Below are positions 27,412-37,138 of a DNA stretch of 64,000 nucleotides, piece by piece; position 1 is the first letter of the stretch; each line of letters starts with the position of its first letter. Position numbers and translations under genes: made by a program. Source of the DNA: Methanosaeta sp. PtaU1.Bin060 (GTDB taxonomy: Archaea; Halobacteriota; Methanosarcinia; Methanotrichales; Methanotrichaceae). Location: NCBI GenBank assembly GCA_002067365.1, contig MVRK01000028.1, forward strand, positions 1,362 through 65,361. The letters are read 5' to 3'. Under the pieces are notes generated by a model. That model ran no database searches. It had not been told where the DNA came from and was given only the letters and a program-made list of their open reading frames with translations.

Positions 27412-28398
27412 CTAGATAAATCCCAGGTTTGTCCCTATTCCAGCCGACTGCGCCTTCTTGAAGACAGATGAGCCCACAGCCACATCCAGAATTCCAAGGC
27501 CGGTCGAGTCGAATATGGTGATCTCATCGCTCTCGGCCCTGCCCATCTTTGCTCCTCTCACTATCTCTCCTATCTGAGCGTAGATCTCCTCGGGCCTCAG
27601 GCTCCCCTCGGTGATGGGAACATTGACCTCGCCCGAATGGAGAGCCTGAACCATATCATCGACAACGATCTTCGCCCTTCTGGTCAGCGCCGACTCCAAT
27701 TCCTGCTTGCCCTTGGCATCGGCACCGATGGCGTTGATGTGGGTACCGGGCCTGATCCAGGCGCTCTTGATGATGGGGGTGCACACCGGCGTAGTTGTGA
27801 CGAGAATATCGCAGTCACAGGCCTCTTTTGGATCAGCGGCGATCCTGAATTCGCAATCAGAGGGCATGAAGTTTCTGGCGGCCCTTTCGAATGCCTGCAT
27901 GCTCTCTGCCCGGGGATCAGACACGATCACAGCTCTGATCTTGAAGAACCTGGCCAGCCCCATAAGCTGCGTCCTTGCCTGGGCTCCTGCGCCCACAAAC
28001 CCCAATGTGTCGGATTCGGGCCGGGCGAGGTGCTTGGCTGCCACAGCGCCCGCAGCGCCTGTCCGCATGCCGGTCAGGTATGTCGCGCCCATGACTGAGA
28101 CGGGTGCGCCGGTCTTTGGGGAGTTGAGGACAAGAAGAGCCATGACAGTAGGCAGCCCCCTTTCGGGATTTCCGGGGTGAACTGTGACTATCTTCACGCC
28201 CGCCATGTCAAGACCTTCGAGGTAAGCGGGCATCGTCCTCAGGTCTCCGCCGCATTTTGAGAAGCAGAGATAGGACTTGGGTGGCATCTGGGCCCTGCCC
28301 AGGCCGTGGTCCAGGAACGCCTTTTCGACCGCCGGGATAGCATCATCCATGGTCAGGAGGGATTCAACCTCTTTCTCGGTGAGCCAGAGAACTTCCAT
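27412..28398 (-). CDS. Ornithine cyclodeaminase / mu-crystallin family dehydrogenase (archaeal alanine dehydrogenase-like)
   Basis: LTEKEVESLLTMDDAIPAVEKAF...MPAYL...GFVGAGAQA (Rossmann fold)...TTTP. I place the start at the MEVLWL methionine, not at the track start 28551. Confidence 0.75.
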   Translation of the reverse strand: MEVLWLTEKEVESLLTMDDAIPAVEKAFLDHGLGRAQMPPKSYLCFSKCGGDLRTMPAYLEGLDMAGVKIVTVHPGNPERGLPTVMALLVLNSPKTGAPVSVMGATYLTGMRTGAAGAVAAKHLARPESDTLGFVGAGAQARTQLMGLARFFKIRAVIVSDPRAESMQAFERAARNFMPSDCEFRIAADPKEACDCDILVTTTPVCTPIIKSAWIRPGTHINAIGADAKGKQELESALTRRAKIVVDDMVQALHSGEVNVPITEGSLRPEEIYAQIGEIVRGAKMGRAESDEITIFDSTGLGILDVAVGSSVFKKAQSAGIGTNLGFI

Positions 28399-28673
28399 CA
28401 AAGACACCCAGGCTGATTGGTGGTAGTCGATGCGAAATAAAGCTTTGCCGAGATAAAGCTGCACAGAGCGATCGAGGGCTCGACAAAGATCAGGATATTG
28501 TGGAGGATGCTGTTCTTCTGGCGATTTCGTGTTGGAGATCCTTGAAAGCAAAGAGGATCTGAAGACGGGGCTTCAAGAGTCCTCTTGCCTTGAAGGCGTC
28601 GGTCCGCGGCCCTCAGGTTTCAGCAATGAACTGCAGGATATCGTCTTGCGATTCTAACTTTGGACTATCCTGA

Positions 28674-29330
28674 TCAAGAAGTCGCATTTGAGTTACGGCT
28701 GGATCCCATCACATCTATCTGCAAGGCATCATTGAAGGCCTTTGATGCGCTTGGGGTAGACGCCACTATGGTTGCCCTGTAAACTCCTGCCTCATTCGCA
28801 TTCCAGATACCTGCATATGTTTCATTGGACAGCGGCACAAGATTCACCCTTTCAACTTCATCTCCTGCCGATCGCCTTAAGGATACATAGGCAGATAGGG
28901 AGCCTGTCACATTCTCATCTGCATTCGAGATGGCTCTATGGAGCGTGGCCGTTATCATAACTGGGTTGTTTGTATTGACCGGATTTGGCAAAGCGCTCGC
29001 ATTCTCGAGACCCACATCGAGTATCTTCTGCTCCCCTAAAGAGGCATTTGATTCATTGGACCCGGATTCCTTGTCAGAATCCGAACCAAACTCAGCCATG
29101 TATCGGGGGTTATTCAGCCTGGCCGCAAGAGGCGGAAAGGTCTGAGGTGTCTCGTTAGCTGGTTTTCCCGCTATGAAATCGGCGGCACTGGAAACCCAAT
29201 CATATTCCTCTGCACAGCCGCACGTCGAACATCTCCCGTCTGCAAGAGATGGCAAACCAACAAATGCTGCCATCATCAGGGAAAAGGAGACCGCGATAAT
29301 TGCAATTCGTGTCATGAACTCTCCAACCAT
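28674..29330 (-). CDS. Secreted hypothetical protein
   Basis: N-terminal signal/anchor sequence (IAIIAVSFSLMMAAFVGLPSLA). Ser/Asn-rich. No recognisable domain. Confidence 0.5.
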   Translation of the reverse strand: MVGEFMTRIAIIAVSFSLMMAAFVGLPSLADGRCSTCGCAEEYDWVSSAADFIAGKPANETPQTFPPLAARLNNPRYMAEFGSDSDKESGSNESNASLGEQKILDVGLENASALPNPVNTNNPVMITATLHRAISNADENVTGSLSAYVSLRRSAGDEVERVNLVPLSNETYAGIWNANEAGVYRATIVASTPSASKAFNDALQIDVMGSSRNSNATS

Positions 29331-29651
29331 GCGCCCTCTTGATAGGGCATGATCTCTCAGCCCTGAATGAATTGTGTGGATACAAATATCTTATCTATAA
29401 AGTCCATTCTTCGTTTGCCGAGTCCCCCGAGATTGCGCTGTCATCCCTGGAGATCTGCGTCATCGCCCGGCGATCCTCAGGATGCTGCAGCTCGCTTGAA
29501 GCTCAAAATTTCTGTCGATGTTATCGATGTTATTCGTGGTGAAATAAGAGAACTTAATAAATATTTTACGTCATATGCCTTAGATGAAAAAATTTATATA
29601 CGTTGAGTGCCGTATATTGGGGTGTCACGATATTAGAATTGGTGAGATGTT

Positions 29652-30059
29652 ATGAGAATTAGAGTGATAAGTTCAAGAGAAGAGATTGATTCGATAAGAC
29701 CGAGCGAGAAGATGGTTCATCTGGCCTTCAGGGCATCCAACGTGGATTTCCTTAAGCTGATGCAGAAATCGCCCAGGCTGCAGGCGGTCCAGATTCCGCC
29801 CTCTTACATGAAGACCATGTCCAAAGCCATCGGCGTGTTTCTTGAGATGCAGGGAGTCAAACTCCTCGAGGGGGACGTCTGGGGCCACAGAAAGGATATC
29901 GACGAGTACTTTACAGTCCCCGATGACGCGCTGACAGCCATCAAGTCCCTGGCAGGGCAGGGCGTTTCTCCCGAGGAACTGGCAAAAGAGGTCCAGAAGA
30001 GTGCTAAGCTGGGATCCGACCTGATCAATTACATCGCAAAGGCCGAGACGCTTGCTTGA
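29652..30059 (+). CDS. Conserved-looking archaeal hypothetical protein (135 aa)
   Basis: GGTGAG Shine-Dalgarno before the ATG and an AAAAATTTATATA box about 50 nt upstream. I cannot firmly name a domain. Confidence 0.5.
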   Translation: MRIRVISSREEIDSIRPSEKMVHLAFRASNVDFLKLMQKSPRLQAVQIPPSYMKTMSKAIGVFLEMQGVKLLEGDVWGHRKDIDEYFTVPDDALTAIKSLAGQGVSPEELAKEVQKSAKLGSDLINYIAKAETLA

Positions 30060-30265
30060 GCAGAGATGGATGATCCAGAGGCTGCTTGATCTTCTTGCAG
30101 CCTCGAAAACTGCCTGAGCGGCAAGGCGAGGACGCCAGAATGATCGAGAGATATCTATGCAGTTACTCCCTCGCCGATGGCACCAACTTCAATATATTTT
30201 GCCATTCACTGCATTTTTGATATCGCTGCCCGCCTTGCCCTCGGCTTTCCCCTCGCCGGGCATCA

Positions 30266-30502
30266 TCAGAGCGTCTCTGGCTCGATCTCGTGTTTGAAGG
30301 AGAGCCTGACCTTGGCCCTGTACTGCACTATCCTTCCCTCGGCCAGCCTCGTGTCCAGCTCCACCACCTCGGCTATCCTCAGGTTCGTGAGAGCCTCGGA
30401 GGCTGTATCCACGGCATTCTTGACAGCCTCCTCCCATCCATCAGAAGACGACCCCACAAGCTCAATGACATTGTAAACGCTGCCGCCAACTCCGCACTCC
30501 AT
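30266..30502 (-). CDS. Dodecin-family flavin-binding protein
   Basis: VYNVIELVGSSSDGWEEAVKNAVDTASEALTNLRIAEVVELD...GRIVQYRAKVRLSF matches the dodecin pattern. Confidence 0.7.
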   Translation of the reverse strand: MECGVGGSVYNVIELVGSSSDGWEEAVKNAVDTASEALTNLRIAEVVELDTRLAEGRIVQYRAKVRLSFKHEIEPETL

Positions 30503-30734
30503 GATATATCATATGCAGTTATCCTTGATATAATTTACCTGGTGGCGTTTTATCCTGTGGCATCGCACATCCATAGCGAAAAGCCTCAATCCATTCAAGA
30601 AAAAATGAAGCATTTAAAGAAAATAGCTGCCCTATCCCCTAGCATCTAATAGTGATTTTGAACTCAAAATTTCTGAAAAAGGCAATGCCTGGTTCCGGTC
30701 TTGGTCGGCCTTTGCCCTCTTATTTCCTCTTTGT

Positions 30735-31379
30735 TTACTTCTGGATCTCTTCAGCTGATCCCTCTTTTGCGCCTTCCGCCGCCCCATTGGCAGCCTCTTC
30801 CTCTGTCTCCATCTTCGCCTCCTTCATGGGGCGCTTTCCGAGGGTGATTAGGGACGCCTTGGCCTGGATTCTCGCCAGAGGATAGCTGTCCTTGGCCACC
30901 TTCTCCAGGGCTTCTATGGCCCTCTGGTCCTTCAGCTCGCCCACGACCCAGGCAGCGCCGGCCCGCACATCCTGATCTGCATCGTCGAGGGCCTGAATCA
31001 TGCGATCCGAGACCTGCCGCCCATAGGCCGCAATTGCCACCATAGCGTTGCTCTTGACGAGGTACTCTTCATCCTTCAGGGCCTCGATCAGCGCCTCCAG
31101 GGACTCTGAGGGCGCACGTTTGGCAAGGAGCACAATGGCGTTGGAGCGCACCAGCATGTGCTTATCCTTGACGGCCTCGATCAGCTTCTCCGTGGACCAT
31201 GTAGGGTCTGGAAGCACCTCAGGCATCGTGGGCGCTTCGGCATCACATGTGGGGCATGCACCTTCCGTCATCGATTTGGTGATGACGGGAGCGGATCCTT
31301 CTTTATTCTCCTCCTCTCCCGTCACCACGGTCTTTGTTTCTTCCGTCTTCGTCTCTTCTGTTCTCTTTTCTTCTTCCAT
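30735..31379 (-). CDS. HEAT-repeat (PBS-lyase-like) protein with an acidic/Lys-rich N-terminus
   Basis: Repeated units LIEAVKDKHMLVRSNAIVLL, LIEALKDEEYLVKSNAMVAI, ALDDADQDVRAGAAWVVGEL. The gene starts 3 nt after the iorB stop. Confidence 0.7.
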   Translation of the reverse strand: MEEEKRTEETKTEETKTVVTGEEENKEGSAPVITKSMTEGACPTCDAEAPTMPEVLPDPTWSTEKLIEAVKDKHMLVRSNAIVLLAKRAPSESLEALIEALKDEEYLVKSNAMVAIAAYGRQVSDRMIQALDDADQDVRAGAAWVVGELKDQRAIEALEKVAKDSYPLARIQAKASLITLGKRPMKEAKMETEEEAANGAAEGAKEGSAEEIQK

Positions 31380-31382
31380 GTC

Positions 31383-31985
31383 TCACATTTGACGGCCTGA
31401 TTCTACTTCAGTCTTTCCTAGGGCGAAGGCTTTCCTGTTCGCAGAGAGGTACTTCGAGGGCACGACCTCGGCCAACGCCTCCAAGAGAAGCTCCTCTTCA
31501 AGGGGAATGAATCTCGAAAGAGCGCCCAGCATCACCACATTCATGGCCTGCTCTGTTCCCGCCTGCTTCGCCAGGGTGGTGGCGTCGATGGTCAAGACCT
31601 CCTTGCATAGCTGACGAAGAGGCTGAAGGATCTCATCCATAGACGGATAGCTGGCCTTGCCCGTGGTGACTGTGATGGGCAAGACTGGCCGAGTGTTCAC
31701 CAGGACCACTCCATCAGGAGAGAGGAATTGGCAGAACCTCAGAGCCTCGGCGGGCTCGAGCGCCAGGAGCACATCGGCGCTGCCCAGGGCTACAAGTGGA
31801 CTGAGGCTGCATCCGATACGTGTGTGATTTACCACACTTCCGCCCCTCTGGGCCATGCCGTGCGTCTCTGCTCCGCGAACAGGCTTTCCGGCCTTCACAG
31901 CAGCACGCCCGATCACATCCGAGATCAGGATCACTCCCTGGCCGCCCACCCCTACGATGACCACATCGCACTCGGAGGACCTCAT
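31383..31985 (-). CDS. iorB: Indolepyruvate:ferredoxin oxidoreductase beta subunit
   Basis: From the internal Met: MRSSECDVVIVGVGGQGVILISDVIGRAAVKAGKPVRGAETHGMAQRGGSV. ATGA overlap with the iorA stop. The track ORF start at 32129 is too far upstream. Confidence 0.8.
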   Translation of the reverse strand: MRSSECDVVIVGVGGQGVILISDVIGRAAVKAGKPVRGAETHGMAQRGGSVVNHTRIGCSLSPLVALGSADVLLALEPAEALRFCQFLSPDGVVLVNTRPVLPITVTTGKASYPSMDEILQPLRQLCKEVLTIDATTLAKQAGTEQAMNVVMLGALSRFIPLEEELLLEALAEVVPSKYLSANRKAFALGKTEVESGRQM

Positions 31986-33784
31986 CTTGCCACCTCCCTG
32001 ATGGCAGCAGAAGGACAGATCCTGGCGCAAACCCCGCATCCGGCACATAGAGCATTGATCCTGGCCTTCTCGTCCTGGAACTCTATGGCAGGGCATCCGA
32101 AGTCCACGCAGATACGACATCCTGCGCACTCATCCTCGCTCACGGCAAATCTCCTGCGAGCGCCGCCTGACCGCCGGGCCCTGATCACACATGCCTGTCG
32201 GGCTATGACAACTGAGAGGCCGGGGTAGTCCCTGGCCCTCTCGAAGCTCTCGACGGCCGCCTCCAGGTCATAGGGATCGACGGTCTCCACGAGGCCTGCC
32301 CCCAGGGCCTTGGATATGGCCTCCAGGGAGATCCTGACTGTGGGCTCGCCTGTGGCAGTGACTCCAGTTCCCGGATGGGGTTGGTGGCCCGTCATGGCTG
32401 TGGTGGAGTTGTCGAGGATGGTCACAGTGATCCTGGCCTTATTGTAGGCCGCATTGAGCAGGCCTGTCATGCCTCCGTGCAGGAATGTTGAGTCGCCGAG
32501 ACTGCAGCAGATGCCCTCCGCCTCACCGCCGAACCTGATGCCGCTGCCAAGGGTTATGCTCGCCCCCATGCATAGACAGGTGTCGACAGTTCCCATGCCG
32601 ACTGCCATAGTGTAGCAGCCGATGTCGCTGGGATATACAGCCTTGCGCCCGAAGGCCTTGCGCATGGCATAGTATGTGGCCCTGTGGCTGCAGCCGGGAC
32701 AGAGGGCAGGTGGGCGGGGCGGCAGGATCTTATCTATGCCTGCGACGTGCGCTGGCGCTGGCTTCTGGGGAATCCCGCTCATTCGGGCGAGGGCGTTACG
32801 CACTGTCAGGAGATCCAGCTCCCCTTCGCGCGGGATGTATTCGCCCTTCCCCAGGATCTCGACATCGGGCTTCACCCTCCTTGCCAGCCTCTCCACTGTC
32901 TCTTCGAGAACGGGCTCCAGCTCCTCGACCACCAGGACACTCTTGACATTCTCCAGCAGCTCGCAAATCATCCTGGAGGGAGCGGGGTAAGTCCCGACCC
33001 TGAGAATAGAGACATCGAGATCCAGATCCCTGATCGCCTCCTCGGCATATAGACCCGCAATGCCCGAGGCGATGACTCCGAGATCGCCCCGCAGGGCGAG
33101 CCTGTTCCATTGTGCAGTCAGCAGCGCCTCCTCGATGGCCCCCTGCTTTCGGATCAGCTCAGAGTGAAGAGGCCGCGCGTGCACCGGCAGAGCCACCCGA
33201 TGGGCAGGGTTTTTGATGAACTTCGAGCTGCGTCTTTTGCCAGAGCCTCCAGAAGCCGCCTTCAGCTCGACGTCAGCCCTGGCATGGGAGACGCGGGTCG
33301 TGGGCCGCAGCATCACGGGCATATCGAACTTCTCCGAGAGCTCGAAGCCGAAGGCTGCCATCTCCTTTGCTTCTTGGGGGTCTGCAGGGTCGAGGCACGG
33401 GATGGAGGCGAACTGGGCATAGCGCCTGGAGTCCTGCTCGTTCTGAGAGGAGTGGCAGTATGGATCATCTGCAGAGATCACCACCAGCCCTGCGCCGACT
33501 CCCAAGTAAGCCAGCGTCATGAAGGGATCGGCAGCCACGTTCAGCCCCACGTGCTTCATCGTCGCCGCCGCCCTGGTGCCCGTCCAGGATGCCCCTATGG
33601 CCACCTCCAGGGCAACCTTCTCGTTCACAGACCATTCAATGTGCATGGGCCGCTCGCCCTTGAGATTCACCAGAGTCTCGATGATCTCCGATGAGGGGGT
33701 GCCGGGATATCCCGCAGCGAGCCCTACGCCCGCCTCCATAAGCCCTCTGGCGATTGCCGCGTTTCCGAGGAGATATTCTCTCAC
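31982..33784 (-). CDS. iorA: Indolepyruvate:ferredoxin oxidoreductase alpha subunit
   Basis: LLGNAAIARGLMEAGVGLAAGYPGTPSSEI, a TPP motif (GDSTFLHGG) and C-terminal ferredoxin Cys motifs (CAGCRICV..., CAGCGVCARICP). 600 aa. Confidence 0.85.
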   Translation of the reverse strand: MREYLLGNAAIARGLMEAGVGLAAGYPGTPSSEIIETLVNLKGERPMHIEWSVNEKVALEVAIGASWTGTRAAATMKHVGLNVAADPFMTLAYLGVGAGLVVISADDPYCHSSQNEQDSRRYAQFASIPCLDPADPQEAKEMAAFGFELSEKFDMPVMLRPTTRVSHARADVELKAASGGSGKRRSSKFIKNPAHRVALPVHARPLHSELIRKQGAIEEALLTAQWNRLALRGDLGVIASGIAGLYAEEAIRDLDLDVSILRVGTYPAPSRMICELLENVKSVLVVEELEPVLEETVERLARRVKPDVEILGKGEYIPREGELDLLTVRNALARMSGIPQKPAPAHVAGIDKILPPRPPALCPGCSHRATYYAMRKAFGRKAVYPSDIGCYTMAVGMGTVDTCLCMGASITLGSGIRFGGEAEGICCSLGDSTFLHGGMTGLLNAAYNKARITVTILDNSTTAMTGHQPHPGTGVTATGEPTVRISLEAISKALGAGLVETVDPYDLEAAVESFERARDYPGLSVVIARQACVIRARRSGGARRRFAVSEDECAGCRICVDFGCPAIEFQDEKARINALCAGCGVCARICPSAAIREVAR

Positions 33785-34023
33785 AGACGACCATCCTTTA
33801 AATATATTTTAAACTGTATTAGTTCTATGAAAGATGATTCATCTTCTCGCTGATAACCGTTTTGATTCTGTGGCAGAACATTTTCTATGATTGAGATGAG
33901 AGATCCACAATCGCAATCGGCCATCGGATAAGACTGAGCCCATCGCAGCCATGAAAGCCACCACATTTCATAGAAACCAAAAGACACAAGATTAATCAAT
34001 CTGCCCAAAGGAACTCTTTTAAA

Positions 34024-35064
34024 ATGGCCAAATGGAAATCCGATCGCGTGGGCTCCGTCTACAGTTTCCTTCCTCGCGGATGCAGGATCTGCAGAAAAGG
34101 AGCGGGGCTCGTTCTATTCGTGACGGGAGAGTGCGGGCGAGAATGCCCCTACTGCCCCCTCTCAGAGGAGCGCCGCGGCAAGGATCGCGTCTTCGCGGAT
34201 GAGAGCCCTGTGCAGGGCATCGAGGATATCCTGGAGGAAGCGAGGTCCATCGGGGCTCTTGGCACAGGAATCACCGGAGGCGAGCCGCTCCTGAAGCTCG
34301 ACCTGGTCCTGGAGTACATAGCGGCCCTGAAGAGCGAGTTCGGGAAAAAGCACCACATTCACCTCTACACCGGCCTCCTTCCCGGGCGCGAGGTTCTTCA
34401 GAGGCTGAAGGAGGCGGGCCTAGATGAGATCAGGTTCCACCCGCCCGAATCGGATTGGGCTGCGGCCCCGGGGCTGAAGGAGACATTGCTTGAGGCGAAG
34501 GCTCTCGGCCTTGAGGCCGGGGTCGAGATTCCGGCATTTGCCCCCGCGCCTGGGGTGGTCGAGGCCGTGAGGAGCGCCGATGCATTCCTGAACGTCAATG
34601 AGCTGGAGTTCACAGAGACCAACTTCCCGGCCCTCGTGGCCAGGGGCTTCCTGCCGCAGGACCTTGGCGCCGGAGCCATCGGGAGCTATGAGATCGCCAA
34701 AGAGCACTTCCTGATCGAGGGCCTCAAGGTGCACTACTGCCCTTCCCGCTTCAAGGACGCCGTCCAGCTCAGGGAGCGCCTGAAGCGGCGCGCAGCGAGG
34801 GTGGCCCGCCCCTTCGACTGCCCGACGAAGGACGGGACGATAATTCACGGCATAATTCAGGGCAACATCGAGAAGGCGCTGCTGATCCTGCAGCGCCTGG
34901 AGGTTCCTTCGGAGATGTATTCCCTTGGAGAGGAGCAGATCGAGATCGCAGCCCCCATCCTGGAGGATATTTCGAAAGAGTTAAAAAGCATAGATTGTAT
35001 TATTTCGGTAATTGAAAGGTTCCCCTTAGAGGATGGGCTAGTTGTGGAGAGAATACCTTTATAA
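34024..35064 (+). CDS. Radical SAM domain protein (COG2108-like)
   Basis: CGRECPYCP is CX3CX2C, with GITGGEPLL downstream. Confidence 0.7.
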   Translation: MAKWKSDRVGSVYSFLPRGCRICRKGAGLVLFVTGECGRECPYCPLSEERRGKDRVFADESPVQGIEDILEEARSIGALGTGITGGEPLLKLDLVLEYIAALKSEFGKKHHIHLYTGLLPGREVLQRLKEAGLDEIRFHPPESDWAAAPGLKETLLEAKALGLEAGVEIPAFAPAPGVVEAVRSADAFLNVNELEFTETNFPALVARGFLPQDLGAGAIGSYEIAKEHFLIEGLKVHYCPSRFKDAVQLRERLKRRAARVARPFDCPTKDGTIIHGIIQGNIEKALLILQRLEVPSEMYSLGEEQIEIAAPILEDISKELKSIDCIISVIERFPLEDGLVVERIPL

Positions 35065-35102
35065 TCCATAGATTCATTGCTAAGGGGCGGTGATTTTGCC
35101 GG

Positions 35103-35405
35103 ATGGAGAGCGCAGAAGAACGAATCCAGGAGAGGCTCAGGAACTACCTTAAGCGTGACGGCATTGGAATTCGAAAGGCCGTACTGAAGCTGTTTTTGAG
35201 CGATGGAGCATATACCACTGAGGATGTCTTCACTTACCTGGAGAGGGAGGGATTTGAGGTGAGCTACCGCGGAGTCTCAGCCATGGTAGGGCTCATGAAC
35301 ACTCGCCTGGGAATTCTGAGCATCGACGTCTCCGGGGACCATAATGTGTACTCCCTGAAGGGCGACCATAAGGGCGTCGTGAGGTCTGTGCTGGCGAATT
35401 ATTAA
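35103..35405 (+). CDS. Small conserved-looking archaeal protein (100 aa)
   Basis: Clean ORF with host codon bias, immediately after the radical SAM gene. Function unknown. Confidence 0.5.
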   Translation: MESAEERIQERLRNYLKRDGIGIRKAVLKLFLSDGAYTTEDVFTYLEREGFEVSYRGVSAMVGLMNTRLGILSIDVSGDHNVYSLKGDHKGVVRSVLANY

Positions 35406-35534
35406 TATTTTAAAGCTGCAATTGCGGCAACAGGGTCACAATCATAGTATTAATAGCGATAATCTAATAGGATGACATCGATACTCTGATGGCAGCGATG
35501 TCGAAGATGAGAGGCAGGAGCGCCGCCATCGCCA

Positions 35535-37058
35535 TCAGTTAGGCGGCTCCCCTCGTTTCATCCTTTTCAGGTACTTGTTCAGTACGAGGTCGGCCATCAG
35601 GTTCACGCCCGTCAACGCCGCATGGACGAGGGGCCCTGCAGTCATCCTCTCGCTGTAAAGGCGGTGAAGCTTCTTGAGATGCCTCAGGTTGTACTCCAGG
35701 CAGAGCCCCACGAGCTGCCAGTGCTCTGGCAGTGCCCTATCTCTGTCGAAGCCCTTCAGGTCACCAAGGCCCGTCCCTGCCATGGGGGTGAAGAAGAGGG
35801 GAAGAATCAAGCCGGTGTAATCCTTCAGGGACTCAACGAGGTCTATCGTCTTCATCACATCTTCTGCTTTTTCAGCCGGCAGGCCCAGAACGAGGCTTGC
35901 TACCGGAAGCCATGACTCCTCTGCGAAGAGGCTGTAGCAATCCCTCACTATCTCTGGCCAGTTTCCAGTCTTGCCGGGCAGCGCCTTTCGGGGCATATGC
36001 ATCTCCAGTATCCGGCAGCTCCCCGTCTCGATGCCGATCCAGGCTGACATGTACTCCTGATCGGATCCTATGCCCACGACCTCGGAGACCCTTCGCAGCA
36101 GGTCCTGGCCCTCGTGGACAGTGGCAAGGCTCAGGTGGGAGACGTCGATGGTGCGGGGCCCAAGCCCTTTCACGGCGCTCACCATCCGAAGCACCTTCTC
36201 CTCATTGGGCCTCATCCCCGAAGAGCCGTATGTGAAGACATCCTCCGAGTGGAGCAGGATATCCTTTTGGCCTTCAGCCAGGTTCACCCGCGCGTCCTCC
36301 AGGATGTTCTCCAGCGGCCTGTGGCGAATAGTGCGCAGAGTCGGCGAACAGAAAGAACATCCGCGCCAGCAGCCCCGGCCGATCTCGACGATGCCAGCGA
36401 TGGTCGCGCCGCGGTTCACGGGGATCCTATCCCCAGGGACCGCCCTGCCGCGGATGACATGCGGGACCTCCTCTCCTGCCAGAATCTGGCGGCAGACCTC
36501 GGGGAAATCGCTTTCGGCTTCGCCCAGGTAGATGTGGTCCACTCCAACATCCTCGCCCATCAGCTCCCAGGCCCCATTGCCCCCGACGACGATCCTCGGC
36601 CTGTGCTCCTGGATGATGGGATGGCCGAGAAGGGCAAGGAACTTCGAGCGATTGTGAGGAGGCCCGCGGCCTATGATCTCCTCCAGCTCCCGCACAGCGA
36701 TCTTTCCAAGTGGGTCGTCGTGGGTTATCCCGACGATCTTTGTCTCTTTGCCGATGGCCCTGTCGAGGCTATCCGGGTGGGCGACCATCACATCGTCTCT
36801 GGAGAAGCCTGACTCAAGGAGGGCTGCCTCCACCTTGCGCATGCCGCAGGGCGCAATCTCAGCCGAGCCGTCGGCTCCCGCGGGAGCAGACGGACAGAAG
36901 AGCGACCTGAAGATCCAATCCGGCATCACTGACTTTGGCATGATGGCTGCAAAGCCCAGGAGAACTCCTCCATGGTAGCTGCTCATCATGGTGGAATCGC
37001 TCGTTAGAACTATCCTCTTACCTGTCGCGCTCTTTTCAGGCATCGCAAGCTCTATCAT
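35535..37058 (-). CDS. Radical SAM protein with an N-terminal B12-binding-like domain
   Basis: GRGCWRGCSFCSP is CX3CX2C. 507 aa. Confidence 0.7.
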   Translation of the reverse strand: MIELAMPEKSATGKRIVLTSDSTMMSSYHGGVLLGFAAIMPKSVMPDWIFRSLFCPSAPAGADGSAEIAPCGMRKVEAALLESGFSRDDVMVAHPDSLDRAIGKETKIVGITHDDPLGKIAVRELEEIIGRGPPHNRSKFLALLGHPIIQEHRPRIVVGGNGAWELMGEDVGVDHIYLGEAESDFPEVCRQILAGEEVPHVIRGRAVPGDRIPVNRGATIAGIVEIGRGCWRGCSFCSPTLRTIRHRPLENILEDARVNLAEGQKDILLHSEDVFTYGSSGMRPNEEKVLRMVSAVKGLGPRTIDVSHLSLATVHEGQDLLRRVSEVVGIGSDQEYMSAWIGIETGSCRILEMHMPRKALPGKTGNWPEIVRDCYSLFAEESWLPVASLVLGLPAEKAEDVMKTIDLVESLKDYTGLILPLFFTPMAGTGLGDLKGFDRDRALPEHWQLVGLCLEYNLRHLKKLHRLYSERMTAGPLVHAALTGVNLMADLVLNKYLKRMKRGEPPN

Positions 37059-37138
37059 TGCCAGAGCAGATAATGTTGTTGGAGGCTTTATCGCCGCTCC
37101 AATAGGTTTTTATCGGATTACCGCCTGTCCGAGGCTTT

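Noticed and set aside
28399-28551. N-terminal 51-aa extension of the OCD/alanine dehydrogenase-like ORF; likewise the extensions of tag (59604-59852), iorB (31986-32129) and the secreted protein (53184-53288)
   Set aside because: The family-typical N-termini begin at internal Met codons, two of them with an ATGA overlap or a signal peptide. The upstream parts are just open frame.
33781-34008. 75-aa minus-strand ORF in the iorA / radical-SAM divergent spacer
   Set aside because: It overlaps the iorA start, has an odd composition (WWLSWLRW) and no translation signal. It is more likely promoter DNA.
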